From assembly GCA_963785045.1 (NCBI GenBank), contig CAWAUC010000013.1, positions 204,577 to 268,576 on the forward strand: 64,000 bases of DNA. Direction: 5' to 3'. Each line of letters starts with the position of its first letter. Position 1 is the stretch's first letter. Below, piece by piece: positions 12,377 through 22,576 of the stretch. This DNA is from an uncultured delta proteobacterium. Lineage in GTDB: Bacteria > Desulfobacterota > Desulfobacteria > Desulfobacterales > SpSt-501. Below the pieces are notes generated by a model. That model was not told the origin of the DNA. It ran no database searches and saw only the letters and a program-made list of their open reading frames with translations. A program made the position numbers and the translations under genes.

Positions 12377-13060
12377 CTATATCCGGATCGCTCTCAGTTT
12401 GCTCAGGATCGGCGCAATCCGTTCCCGCTGCTCGGGGGGCAGCATCAGCACCTTCATGGGACGGTTGGCGATCAAGCCGCTTCCGGTGCAATGCAAGGAT
12501 CCCCCGGCGTAGGCCCTGCGCTTTTCGGCACCTGCCAGGACCTCCAGCACATCCAGCAGATTTCCGCTGCACCCGTCGGCATCCAGGTGTTCAACGGTCT
12601 GCAGAAAAAGCGTATTCACCGCCAGCGCTGCCTCGCCCACGTCGGCGTACCCCCTCTCCCCGCAGGGCGTGCGCGAGGTGAAGCAGCGGCAGTTCAAGGG
12701 CCTCACGGCGTAAATCGAACACAGATCCTCCGTGAGAAGCGGACAATTTTCGCTGGTGGAGGCATCGTTTTCGGCCGGCAGGTCTGCATCCGAGGCGCAC
12801 AACTCGGCCAGGGCATTGGTGGTGAGCACCGGTCGGAAGCGTTTGAGTCCGCTTGCCTCGTGGACTCGCCTGAACAGCGTATCGCGTTCCCCGGGCGGAA
12901 GAACGTCGCAGATTTTATAGGCTTCCAGGGTGGTCAGGCTGACATGGGTGGTGCAGCACTGGTGGCAGTGCATTTTGCAGGCGGTTTCCCGGGTGCGGAT
13001 GAATTCGTCGTAGACGGCATAGATCCGGTCGAGGGCCTTGAGCTTGCGGTCGATGTCCAT
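12377..13060 (-). CDS. YkgJ-like CxxxCxxCC cysteine-cluster protein
   Basis: ACKMHCHQCC and CPLL...CSIYAVRPLNCR motifs. Confidence 0.8.
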   Translation of the reverse strand: MDIDRKLKALDRIYAVYDEFIRTRETACKMHCHQCCTTHVSLTTLEAYKICDVLPPGERDTLFRRVHEASGLKRFRPVLTTNALAELCASDADLPAENDASTSENCPLLTEDLCSIYAVRPLNCRCFTSRTPCGERGYADVGEAALAVNTLFLQTVEHLDADGCSGNLLDVLEVLAGAEKRRAYAGGSLHCTGSGLIANRPMKVLMLPPEQRERIAPILSKLRAIRI

Positions 13061-13078
13061 TTTTTCCTGTTAATGCAT

Positions 13079-14035
13079 TTAACGGCGGCTGGCAACCCGT
13101 TGAAAAGCCTCCATGACATTTCCGGGACTGATCTGCGCCCAGCAGTCTGCCGCCGCGCAATTTTCAGCCGCAGTCTCGAAGCAGGGCATGCAATCGAGCA
13201 GCGGCTGTACGATCGCAACCGATCGTCCCCGCGGCCGCCAGCGCACGGGATCGGTCGGCCCGAAGATCACGACGCTGGGAACTCCCGCCCAGGCCGCAAG
13301 GTGGCTGACACCGGAGTCATTGCCGATATAGGCGGCGGCGGACCGCAGCAGAGCCAAGAGGTCAAGGCTTCCGGCCGGGCGGTGAACGGTGGCGCTGCGG
13401 CCTGCAAGCTCCGGCAGAAGATCCTGTTCGGCCGGTCCGATCACGAATTCAGGGCTCAACCGGAGGGCCTCAAGCTGCAGCGCGACCTCCCGAAAACCCG
13501 AAAGCGGCCAGCGCTTGCGCGGGCTGCCGGCGCCGGGGTGGATGAGGACGGTCGTTGAGCGGTTATTTTCGACCGGCGCTGCTGCGGAAGGATCCTCCGT
13601 TTCCGGAGGCGTGCGCTTGCTCTCCGGCAGAAGGCCGCATCCCCGGATATGCGTCAGTGCGTGCTCGGTCACGTGGATGCGCTGGTCCGCCGGCGGCCGC
13701 GGCGGGATGCGGCAGATGCGGGTGGCGCCGATGCGCTGAAGGGAGGAACCCAGGCTCTCCGATCCGGAGAAGACCAGGAAGTGCGTATACGCAGCCAGCC
13801 GCCGCCGGGCTTCACCTCCGGCCTCGCCCGCGAAGAGGGAGGCCGTCCAGGCGGCCTCGATCGGAAACCAGGCCGCGACCAGCCCCTCGGCTGCGGCCAG
13901 CCTCCCCAGATGTTCCTGGCAGAGGATGCCGACCGGACGAAAATGGCGCCGGAGCGCGGCGATGACCGGGAAGATACAGACAAGATCCCCCAATGCCCCC
14001 TGATGCACGATGAGCAGTGCGGGCGGCCTCGTCAT
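13079..14035 (-). CDS. Glycosyltransferase family 9 (heptosyltransferase-like)
   Basis: GALGDLV, IHPGAGSPRKRWP, YIGNDSGVSHLAA, IFGPTDP. Confidence 0.85.
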   Translation of the reverse strand: MTRPPALLIVHQGALGDLVCIFPVIAALRRHFRPVGILCQEHLGRLAAAEGLVAAWFPIEAAWTASLFAGEAGGEARRRLAAYTHFLVFSGSESLGSSLQRIGATRICRIPPRPPADQRIHVTEHALTHIRGCGLLPESKRTPPETEDPSAAAPVENNRSTTVLIHPGAGSPRKRWPLSGFREVALQLEALRLSPEFVIGPAEQDLLPELAGRSATVHRPAGSLDLLALLRSAAAYIGNDSGVSHLAAWAGVPSVVIFGPTDPVRWRPRGRSVAIVQPLLDCMPCFETAAENCAAADCWAQISPGNVMEAFQRVASRR

Positions 14036-14038
14036 TTT

Positions 14039-16588
14039 TTATTTTCGAGCTGGGTGCGGGGCGGCATCCGCTTTGGCGGCCGCAAGACCCGCCTTTTGCT
14101 GCTCGACATCATTGCGCTCGATGGGCACCGGTTCGGCGTGCCAGATGTCGCGGTTGTACTCGCGAATGGTGCGGTCGGAGGAGAACTTGCCGATGCGGGC
14201 GACGTTCAGGATGGACTTCTTCGTCCACGCCTCACTGTCGCAATACAGGGCGTCGATCTCCATCTGGGCGCGGTGGTAGGCTTCGAAGTCGGCCAGCACC
14301 ATGTACCGGTCCTCGTTCAGGAGCAGGTCGACGAGCGGCTGAAACAACCCGCGCTCATCCGGGCTGAAGAAACCCTCGCCGATGAGGTCGATGGTTTGCT
14401 TCAAGAACGGGTTGCCGGCGTAATAGTCATGCGGGCGGTAGGAAGGCCGTGCGGCGACCACCTCCTCGGTGGTGAGGCCGAAGATGAACAGGTTCTCCCG
14501 GCCGACCTCTTCCATGATCTCGATGTTGGCGCCATCGAGGGTGCCGATGGTTAGGGCGCCGTTCAGGGCGAACTTCATGTTGCTGGTGCCCGAGGCCTCG
14601 TAGCCGGCGGTGGAGATCTGCTCGGAAACATCTGCGCCGGCGAAAATCACCTCGGCCAGCGTGACGCGGTAATTCGGGAGGAAAACCACCTTGAGGCTCT
14701 GATTGGTGGCGGTGTCGCGGTTGATCATGTCGGCCACGTGACAGATCAGCCGGATGATCAGCTTGGCCGTGTGGTAGGCTGGGGCGGCCTTGCCCCCGAA
14801 GAAGAAGGTGTGGGGGTGGATCCGGAATTGCGGGTCCTCCTTGAGCCTGAGCCAGAGATAGACCACGTGCAGGATGTTCAGCAGCTGGCGCTTGTATTCG
14901 TGGATGCGCTTGACCTGGACGTCGAAAATCGAATCCGGGTCGAGCCGCTCCCCGGTCAGTTTGAAGGCCAGGGCCGCCAGGCGCTGCTTGTTGCGGCGCT
15001 TGATCTCCTGCCACTCCCGGCGGCAGTCGACATCCTCGGTCAGCGGCTCGATCCGCTTGAGTTCAAAAAGATCCTTGACCCAGTCGCTGCCGATGTGACG
15101 GGTGATCAGCCCGGACAGCCCCGGGTTGGCAGCCAGCAGCCACCGGCGCGGCGTGATGCCGTTGGTCTTGTTGTTGAATCGTCCCGGGTACATCTCGGCG
15201 AAATTCTTGAGCTCCTTTTCGCGCAGCAGGCGGGTGTGCAGGGCGGCAACCCCGTTGACGGAGTGCGAACCGACGATGGCGAGGTGAGCCATGCGCACGC
15301 GCTTTTCAGGCCCCTCCTCGATGATCGACATATCGCGCTGGCGCTCGTTGTCGCGCATGAAGCGGATGGACACATCCCTCAGAAAACGCCGGTTGATTTC
15401 GAAAATGATCTCCAGGTGCCGGGGCAGGAGCCTGCCGAACAGCGAGACCGGCCATTTTTCCATGGCCTCGGACAACAGGGTGTGGTTCGTGTAGGCGCAG
15501 GTGTGGGTGGTGAGGTCCCAGGCCTTTTCCCAGCTCAGGCCGTAGCTGTCCAGGAAAAGACGCATGAGTTCGCTGACGGCGAGCGCGGGGTGCGTGTCGT
15601 TCATCTGGAGCGCGACCTTGTCGGGGAAGGCGTCGAAGTCCTGGTGGTTCACGAGGTAGCGCCGGATGATGTCCTTGATCGAGCAGGACACGAAAAAGTA
15701 CTGCTGTTTGAGCCGCAGTTCGCGGCCCTCGTAGAACTCGTCGCTGGGGTAGAGCACCTTGGAGATGTTCTCGGAGATGTTCTTCTCCTCCACGGCCTTG
15801 AGATAGTCCCCGTGCTGAAAGTAGTTCAAGTCGAATTCGTTGGAAGCGCGCGCCGACCACAACCGCAGGGTGTTCACCGTATTGTTGCCGTAACCGGCAA
15901 TCGGGATGTCATAGGGGATGCCCACGACGTCGCTCGTGTCGACCCACTCGCTTTTGAGGGTGCCGTCCGGCAGCTTGGTCTGCTTGACGCGCCCGTAGTA
16001 GTGGACGGTGTAGATGACCTCCGGGTGGGAAATCTCCCAGGGGTTGGCATATCGCAGCCAGTTCTCGGGCAGCTCCACCTGGCCCAGGTTGCGGATCTCC
16101 TGATCGAAGATCCCAAACTCGTAGCGGATCCCGTAGCCGACGGCCGGAAGCTCGAGCGTTGCCAGGGAGTCCAGGAAACAGGCGGCCAGGCGGCCCAGGC
16201 CGCCGTTCCCAAGCCCCATGTCCGGCTCCTCGGTGGCAAGCTCCTCCACATCGATGGAGAGTCCCTCCATGGCCTTGCGGGATTCTTCGTACATGCCCAG
16301 GTTGATGAGGTTGTTGACCAGCACGCGGCCCATCAGGTATTCGGCGGACAGGTAGTACACCCGCTTGACATCACTGGTGTAATATTTCTGCTGGGTCTTG
16401 ATCCAGCGCTCGATCAGCCGGTCCCGGGCGGCGAGGGCGAGCGACAGGTAAAGGTCGCGGTTGGTGGAGGTGTGCTGGTCCTTGGACAGCGAATACTCCA
16501 GGTGGCTGGCGAAGGAAAGCTGAATGCTTTGTGCGTCCAACCCCTTGCGGAAAGTGCCCCACGACTGGAAGAGTTTGCTCTTCTTCAT
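14039..16588 (-). CDS. glgP: Glycogen/alpha-glucan phosphorylase
   Basis: GLGNGGLGRLAACFLDS, LRLKQQYFF, VKRIHEYKRQ, EASGTSNMKF (PLP lysine); 849 aa. Confidence 0.97.
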   Translation of the reverse strand: MKKSKLFQSWGTFRKGLDAQSIQLSFASHLEYSLSKDQHTSTNRDLYLSLALAARDRLIERWIKTQQKYYTSDVKRVYYLSAEYLMGRVLVNNLINLGMYEESRKAMEGLSIDVEELATEEPDMGLGNGGLGRLAACFLDSLATLELPAVGYGIRYEFGIFDQEIRNLGQVELPENWLRYANPWEISHPEVIYTVHYYGRVKQTKLPDGTLKSEWVDTSDVVGIPYDIPIAGYGNNTVNTLRLWSARASNEFDLNYFQHGDYLKAVEEKNISENISKVLYPSDEFYEGRELRLKQQYFFVSCSIKDIIRRYLVNHQDFDAFPDKVALQMNDTHPALAVSELMRLFLDSYGLSWEKAWDLTTHTCAYTNHTLLSEAMEKWPVSLFGRLLPRHLEIIFEINRRFLRDVSIRFMRDNERQRDMSIIEEGPEKRVRMAHLAIVGSHSVNGVAALHTRLLREKELKNFAEMYPGRFNNKTNGITPRRWLLAANPGLSGLITRHIGSDWVKDLFELKRIEPLTEDVDCRREWQEIKRRNKQRLAALAFKLTGERLDPDSIFDVQVKRIHEYKRQLLNILHVVYLWLRLKEDPQFRIHPHTFFFGGKAAPAYHTAKLIIRLICHVADMINRDTATNQSLKVVFLPNYRVTLAEVIFAGADVSEQISTAGYEASGTSNMKFALNGALTIGTLDGANIEIMEEVGRENLFIFGLTTEEVVAARPSYRPHDYYAGNPFLKQTIDLIGEGFFSPDERGLFQPLVDLLLNEDRYMVLADFEAYHRAQMEIDALYCDSEAWTKKSILNVARIGKFSSDRTIREYNRDIWHAEPVPIERNDVEQQKAGLAAAKADAAPHPARK

Positions 16589-16687
16589 AAAAAGCTCCTT
16601 GCGATGCAGAAGCGGCAGGGTCCCTGTTTCCGATCAGACCGACGCCTCGGGAAGGGCATGAGGATAAGAGGTCATTCTCAAAAGAAA

Positions 16688-16716
16688 ATTTTAACATAGC
16701 GATTGCGGGGAGTCAA
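16688..16716 (-). promoter_or_regulatory. Sigma70-type promoter of glgP
   Basis: Minus strand TTGACT-N17-TAAAAT with a TG extension. Confidence 0.55.
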
Positions 16717-16799
16717 ATTTTTGCGGTCCGAATCCGGTTGTGCAGGGGGGCGATATGATCTAAGATGATCCCGCAGGAGTCGGATTCCCAAACCCCATA

Positions 16800-18051
16800 A
16801 TGAGCGAGCAGGATCCCATGGCAGAACCCGTTGCGACGTCATCCACTGCCTGGCCCGCGGTGGAGATATCGCCGCGTGCGGCCAAAAAGATAGCCGCCGG
16901 CGTTTTGTGGGTCTATTCGAACGAGGTCGAGCGTCGGGAGGAGCCGCCGGCTGCCGCCTTCCTGTGCCGCTTCATGCGCAACGGCCGGGCGGTTGCGGCC
17001 GGCTACTTCAACAAGCACTCCCTGATCGCCGGACGGGTGCTCGCCGTCGGTGAGGCCCCGGACCTCGAGGGGCTCCTCACCCGGCGGCTGCGGGAGGCCT
17101 TTGCACGACGGGCGCCGGGCGTGCGGCGGTGCGGCGCGGCTGGTCTTCTCGGAGGCTGACCTGCTGCCCGGGCTCGTGCTCGACTTCTACCCGCCCGATG
17201 CCGTCCTCCAGAGCAGCACCGCTGGAATGGATCTGCTGCTGCCGATCCTGGAGGGCTGCGTGCCGCAGCTGATCGAAGAGACGTTCGGCTCAAAGCTGCA
17301 GGGGCTGGTGCTGCGCTGCGATGCGGGGGTGCGCAGGCTGGAGGCGGTGGACATGTTCAGCCGGGTGTGTTTCGGAGACCGGGAGCGGCTTACCCAGGCG
17401 ACCGTGACGGAGGCCGGCGTACGGGTGGTCGCCGATCTCCTCGGCGGCCAAAAGACCGGCTTCTTCCTCGACCAACGGGACAACCGGCTGTTCTTGGGCA
17501 ACCGGGTGCGGCAGATGCCCGGTGCCCGCGTGCTGGATCTCTTCTGCTACTCCGGAGGATGGGGGCTGCGGGCGCTGCGGGAAGGCGCCCGGCATGTGAC
17601 CTTCGTCGACCAGAGCCGCGAGGCCATGCATTTGCTCGAAAAGGGCCTGGCCGCCAACGCGTTCCCGCCGGAGGCCGCCGAGTCCGTACGCGCGGATGTC
17701 TTTGAGTTCCTCGCCCGCGATCTGGCGCTCTATGACGTGGTCGTGGCGGACCCGCCGGCCTTCGTCAAATCCCGGAAGAACCTGGCCCAGGCGATCAAGG
17801 CCTATCAGAAGCTTAACCGGCTGGCCTGGCGCCGGGTCAGGCCCGGCGGGCTGTTGATCACCTGCAGCTGCAGTCATCACTTGGCCGAGGGCGAGTTCCT
17901 CAACCTGCTGGCCGCCGCCGTCGCACGGGAGCAGGGGCTGGCCCAGATTGTCCACCGGGGCGGGCAGGCCGCAGACCATCCGGCTCTGTTGTCCATGCCC
18001 GAGACCGCCTACCTCAAATGCGTCGGACTTCGGAAAATGAAGCCGGAATGA
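16800..18051 (+). CDS. RlmI/YccW-family SAM-dependent rRNA methyltransferase (frameshift near 17120)
   Basis: PUA-like WVYSNE; SEADLLPGLVLD; GQKTGFFLDQRDNR; VLDLFCYSGG; DPPAF; TCSCS; ETAYLK. Confidence 0.85.
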
Positions 18052-18237
18052 CGTCGGGGCATGCAACGGCAAGCGGCTGGTAACATTTTGCTTGCTTTTG
18101 AATCGTGCATGCCGTATCGGGTCTCGTCGGTCCGGGACCAGAACGTCTGCCGGAGAGCCCCCCGCCCCTGGCGCCTGGGCGCACTCCTGCCCGTTTTGCC
18201 CTCGACCTGATGGGCCTAAAGCGGAAGGGATACGCCC

Positions 18238-19497
18238 ATGACCGCCCCCCGTAAAGATTTTTATTTCCTCAGCGAATTTCTGGCGCGCAAGCTCTACCAG
18301 CCTGACGGTAACTGTTTCGGCCGGGTCGTCGACCTGGTCGCCGAGAGGGCCGAGCCCTACCCGGTGGTGACCGGCTTGATGATCCGCCGGGGGGTGCGGG
18401 GGCCCAAGGCGTTTCTGCCATGGTCCGCCGTGAGCCGGATCGACCCGCAACTCATGTTGTCCCCGGATTCGATTCAGCGCTCGGAAGCGCCCGAGCACGG
18501 TGGCAAAACCGTTTTTCTGCGGGAAGATGTTCTGGACAAGCAGATTGTGGATACCTTCGGCGCCAAGGTGGTCCGGGTCAATGATCTTCAGTTTCTGTGC
18601 CTCGAATCCCGACAACTGCGGCTGGTGCATGTGGATGTGGGCTTCCGGGGGCTGATGCGCCGGGTGGGCTGGAAAAACTGGATCTCCGCGGTGCTGCACT
18701 GGTTGTTCGCGTACGAGCTGCCCGATCATTTCATCCCGTGGAAGTATGTCCAGCTCCTTTCCGGCTCCGGCCCTCTGCATTTGAGCGTCTCTCAAAAGAA
18801 GCTCGGACAGCTTCATCCGGCGGAGCTGGCGGACATCCTCGAGGATTTAGGCGGCCGCGACCGGTCCGCGATTTTTCATGCGCTGGACACCGAAACCGCG
18901 GCGGACACCTTGGAGGAAATCGATGACCCCAAGCTGCAGAAAGCCCTGATCGAGACCGTTACCGTTGAGAAAGCCTCCGACATCATCGAGGAAATGTCGC
19001 CGGCCGACGCGGTCGACTTACTGGCGGACTTGCCTCAAGATACCGCCGATGAAATTCTGGACGGTATGGAAGCGGGGTGGGCGGACGACCTCCGGGAGCT
19101 TTTGGTGCACCCGGAAGAGACCGCCGGCGGCATGATGACCACCGCCTATCTCGGCCTGGCGCCGGACGTGACCGCCGCCGGCGCCTGGCAGCGTCTGAGG
19201 GATGAGGCGGACCACCTGGAGGTCATCGATTATGTGTATGTGGTGAACGGGGAAGAGGTGTTGCAGGGAGTGGTGAGCATCCGCGACCTGCTGACCAGCC
19301 TTCCGCAGAAACGCCTCGCCGAGATTCAATCCTCCCGGCTGGTTACGGTCGCACCGGACTCGGACAAGGACGAGGCCGTCGAATTGCTGGCCAAATATGG
19401 ATTCAAGGCCCTGCCGGTCGTGGACGAGCAAAACCACCTGGAGGGAGTCATCAGCTTCCGCAGCGCGCTGGAGGTGTTGGCTCCGGATGCCGGCTGA
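18238..19497 (+). CDS. PRC-barrel / MgtE N-domain / CBS-pair protein without a transmembrane domain
   Basis: VLDKQIVDTFGAKVVRVND, LHPAELADILE, ETAGGMMTT, two CBS repeats; ends right after the CBS pair. Confidence 0.85.
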   Translation: MTAPRKDFYFLSEFLARKLYQPDGNCFGRVVDLVAERAEPYPVVTGLMIRRGVRGPKAFLPWSAVSRIDPQLMLSPDSIQRSEAPEHGGKTVFLREDVLDKQIVDTFGAKVVRVNDLQFLCLESRQLRLVHVDVGFRGLMRRVGWKNWISAVLHWLFAYELPDHFIPWKYVQLLSGSGPLHLSVSQKKLGQLHPAELADILEDLGGRDRSAIFHALDTETAADTLEEIDDPKLQKALIETVTVEKASDIIEEMSPADAVDLLADLPQDTADEILDGMEAGWADDLRELLVHPEETAGGMMTTAYLGLAPDVTAAGAWQRLRDEADHLEVIDYVYVVNGEEVLQGVVSIRDLLTSLPQKRLAEIQSSRLVTVAPDSDKDEAVELLAKYGFKALPVVDEQNHLEGVISFRSALEVLAPDAG

Positions 19498-19549
19498 CGC
19501 TGGCGCACGGTTCGGCTGCCGCTTTTCCGGATTCGTGGGGATAAGTTGC

Positions 19550-20803
19550 ATGAACGCTTATTGGAAATGGATGGCCAACCCGAACAGGCCCTTTTGGAAG
19601 AACCTCAGCCTTTTCTTCATCCTCATGGGCCCCGGGATCATCACCTCCAACGTGGACAATGACGCCGGCGGCATCACCACGTATTCCCTGGCGGGCGCCC
19701 AGTACGGACTCAAGTTGATCTGGTCTCTGATCCCGATCATGATCGCCCTGATCGTGGTGCAGGAAATGTGCTCGCGCATGGGCGTTGTGACCGGCAAGGG
19801 CCTCTCGGATCTGATCCGCGAAAAATTCGGCGCCAAGATCACATTTTACCTGATGATCGGCATGTTCCTGACCAACATGGGCAACGTGGTCTCGGAGTTT
19901 GCCGGGGTCGCCGCCGGGATGGAGGTGTTCGGCGTCAGCAAGTTCCTCTCGGTACCCATCAGCGCCCTGCTGGTCTGGGCCATGGTGGTCAAGGGCACGT
20001 ACAAGCAGGTTGAGAAGATTTTCTTGGTGGCCTGCGTGTTCTACATCGCCTACGTCGTCACGGGCGTCATCGTGAAGCCGGATTGGGGCGAGGTCCTGGA
20101 CCAGTTTATCCACCCCCGGATGAGCCTTGCGCCCTCCGAGATGACCATGGTCATCGGCCTGGTCGGAACGACCATCGCGCCCTGGATGCAGTTTTATCTC
20201 CAGGCCTCCATCGTCGAGAAAGGCATCCGGATGGACGAGTACAAGTTCGCCCGGTTCGACGTCGTCATGGGCTCGATCGCCGTCCACGTAGTGGCCTTCT
20301 TCATCATCCTGGTCTGCGCCGAAACCCTGCACAAGCACGGCATCGCGATCGAAACCGCCAAGGACGCCGCCCTTTCATTAGCTCCGCTGGCGGGCCGCTA
20401 CTGCACCTTCCTGTTCGCGTTCGGCCTGGTCAATGCCTCCCTGTTTGCTGCGTCCATCCTGCCGCTGTCCACGACCTATCTGATCTGCGAAGGACTGGGG
20501 TGGGAAACCGGGATCGACAAGAAGTTTATCGAGGCGCCCGAGTTCTACGGGTTTTACTCGTTGATGATTTTTCTCGGGGCGGGCATCATTCTGTTTCCCG
20601 GCATGCCGCTGATCGCCATCATGTATGTCTCGCAGGTCATCAACGGCATCGTGTTGCCGGTGGTCCTGATATTCATCCTGCTGCTGGTCAACGACCGTAA
20701 CCTGATGCAGGAGCACACCAACGGGCCAGTGTTCAATACCGTGGCCTGGCTGACCACGGTGGTGATGATTGCCCTCACCGTGGTGCTGCTCGTACAGTTA
20801 TGA
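19550..20803 (+). CDS. NRAMP/SLC11-family divalent metal transporter (NRMT-like)
   Basis: GPGIITSNVDNDAGGITTYS, QEMCSRMG, GTTIAPWMQF; about 11 TM segments. Confidence 0.88.
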   Translation: MNAYWKWMANPNRPFWKNLSLFFILMGPGIITSNVDNDAGGITTYSLAGAQYGLKLIWSLIPIMIALIVVQEMCSRMGVVTGKGLSDLIREKFGAKITFYLMIGMFLTNMGNVVSEFAGVAAGMEVFGVSKFLSVPISALLVWAMVVKGTYKQVEKIFLVACVFYIAYVVTGVIVKPDWGEVLDQFIHPRMSLAPSEMTMVIGLVGTTIAPWMQFYLQASIVEKGIRMDEYKFARFDVVMGSIAVHVVAFFIILVCAETLHKHGIAIETAKDAALSLAPLAGRYCTFLFAFGLVNASLFAASILPLSTTYLICEGLGWETGIDKKFIEAPEFYGFYSLMIFLGAGIILFPGMPLIAIMYVSQVINGIVLPVVLIFILLLVNDRNLMQEHTNGPVFNTVAWLTTVVMIALTVVLLVQL

Positions 20804-20806
20804 AAA

Positions 20807-20906
20807 CGGGGGCGTTGGCGAAGCCAGGGAGTTTTCTGCGGCGGCCCCTGCGCACGGCAGACCCCAGCGGGCCGCTATGCGAATCGACAGAATCGCTCAA
20901 GTTAGG
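20807..20906 (+). repeat. Partial copy (right end) of the long-hairpin element
   Basis: 88/100 nt identical to 28462-28561. Confidence 0.9.
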
Positions 20907-20912
20907 TTTTAC

Positions 20913-22576
20913 TCAGTTTAGGTGGGTAGCGGTGAAACCGGAGCTGATCGGCGCCGGGCGCAGGGGATCTGTTCGAACGGCGCCCTGGATCACGTCAGAG
21001 AGATCTGCGCCCGCCTGGCCCCACCAGTTGTTGCCGGCGTAGACCTCCGCGGGTGCACCGATCGTTTTGATGCCCCAGCGGCCGTTGTTGATGATGTTGT
21101 TGCCCTCGATGATCGCGGGGGAACCCTCCAGCAGGAAGCCTCCGGCGGTGTTCTCGGTGATCACCGAATCCTTCACATCGAGCCGCGAATTGCGTGCAGC
21201 GATCCCGGTTTTGGCCGACGCGCGCACCAGGCTGCCGCGGATATCGACCTGGCCATCTTCGGCCACCACGCCCCAGGTGTTTTCCTGAAGCCGGCAGTCT
21301 TCAACGACGAGCCGTGCACGGGTGGAGCGGATGCCGAACTCCGCTCCGGAAATTTGGCAGTGGCGAAAACGGTTTTCGCCCTCGCGGCCTTCGATGAAGA
21401 TCCCCTTCCAGCCCTTGACGTTCAAGCCGCTGAAGGTCACCGGTTGCTCGGCGGTGCCGCAGGCCTGGAGGGTCCCCTTCACCACCACCCCCAGGGTGCG
21501 GAACCAGATGACCACTCCGGCTTCGATGGTCAGCGTGGCGCCGGGCATGACCACCAGGGCGTCTTCCACTAGATAAGGACTTTGGTCTGCAGCCAGCACG
21601 GTGTCGGTTGCGATGACGGATGGCAGGAGCGTCGGCCGTCCGGCCCGAATCGGCCCCAGGGTGTCCACCCACTGGCGGCTGGATCCGGAAGGCGACCGCA
21701 GATACCCCGTCAGTTGTCCTTCCGCCAAACGGTCCTGGGGTCGAATGCGGTAGGATGCAACATAGACACCCGGCTCTTTTTCTTCCATGGGCGCATCCAG
21801 CAGCAGCGGCGGAAGACTCAGGCTGGCTTTATTATTTTTGTCGCCGATCATGACCACCCGCAGTTCATCGCCGGGCGAAAGCAGGCTGGCGGCCGCGTTG
21901 TGCACCAGGGCCTGGATCTGCGGCGGAACGTCGGCGTCGGCCGGGGGGTTCGGGATGGTTGCGGCCATCTGCATGCACAGCTCGGAGGCGGCCTGCAGGG
22001 TGTTGCTCTGCTGATAGTTGAAGGCGGTTTTCACGAGGGCGGCCGCCAGGCCGGGAAGCGACAAGGGCAGATCTCCTTCGTGCAACGTGACGGTGTGCTC
22101 CATTTCCCAGATGACCTGCCCCGTGCTGCAGCGCAGCATCCGCGCATGCAGCCCCGCCTGCTGGTTGGCGTAGACCAGGGCATAGATCTGCCCGAGAGCC
22201 AGGGCCTCTCCCACCACCACGGCATCGACCCCCAGCAGCCGTCCGAGCATTCCAGCGGCAAGGATCCATCGGCCCCCAGGGTCTTCACGGCCTGGCTGGC
22301 CTCAAGGGTCGCGTCCACTACCGCCGGTTCTATGTCCACATAGTTGAGCGAGCTGAAAAAGTTGAAAAACATCCGTCGCAGCAGGGTGGCGGCTTCGGGG
22401 TTGGAAGTGCGGTTTTGAAAGGGTAGCACAGCGACCTTGCGCGGCAGACGCATTGCGGAGGCGGACGTGTTGACGGCGGGCCTGGGCATCTGCGAACAGG
22501 CGCAAAAAGGCATGAGCGCCAGGAGAAGCAATCCCCCGGCGATCCGGCTACCACGGAGTCTCGGAGTCGTTTTCAT
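20913..22576 (-). CDS. Lipoprotein with a DUF799/GNA1162-like N-domain and a C-terminal parallel beta-helix (frameshift near 22250)
   Basis: Lipobox-like LALMPFCAC; VAVLPFQNRT; LGVDAVVVG; SPYLVEDALVVMPGATLTIEAG, GTAEQPVTF, AGNNWWG. Confidence 0.7.

Noticed and set aside
14738-16699. Long antisense ORFs (653 aa here; also 30083-31849, 36656-38374, 39126-40844, 59336-61561)
   Set aside because: Shadow frames of well-supported genes in high-GC DNA, with no recognisable motifs.
18055-18237. Possible metal-sensing riboswitch upstream of the MgtE-like gene
   Set aside because: No recognisable M-box or yybP-ykoY conserved nucleotides; only weak pairing.
20901-20907. GTTAGGT core-site-like end of the repeat
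   Set aside because: No matching RYYYAAC or L boxes, and the sister copy reads TTTAGGC; treated as an element end rather than attC.
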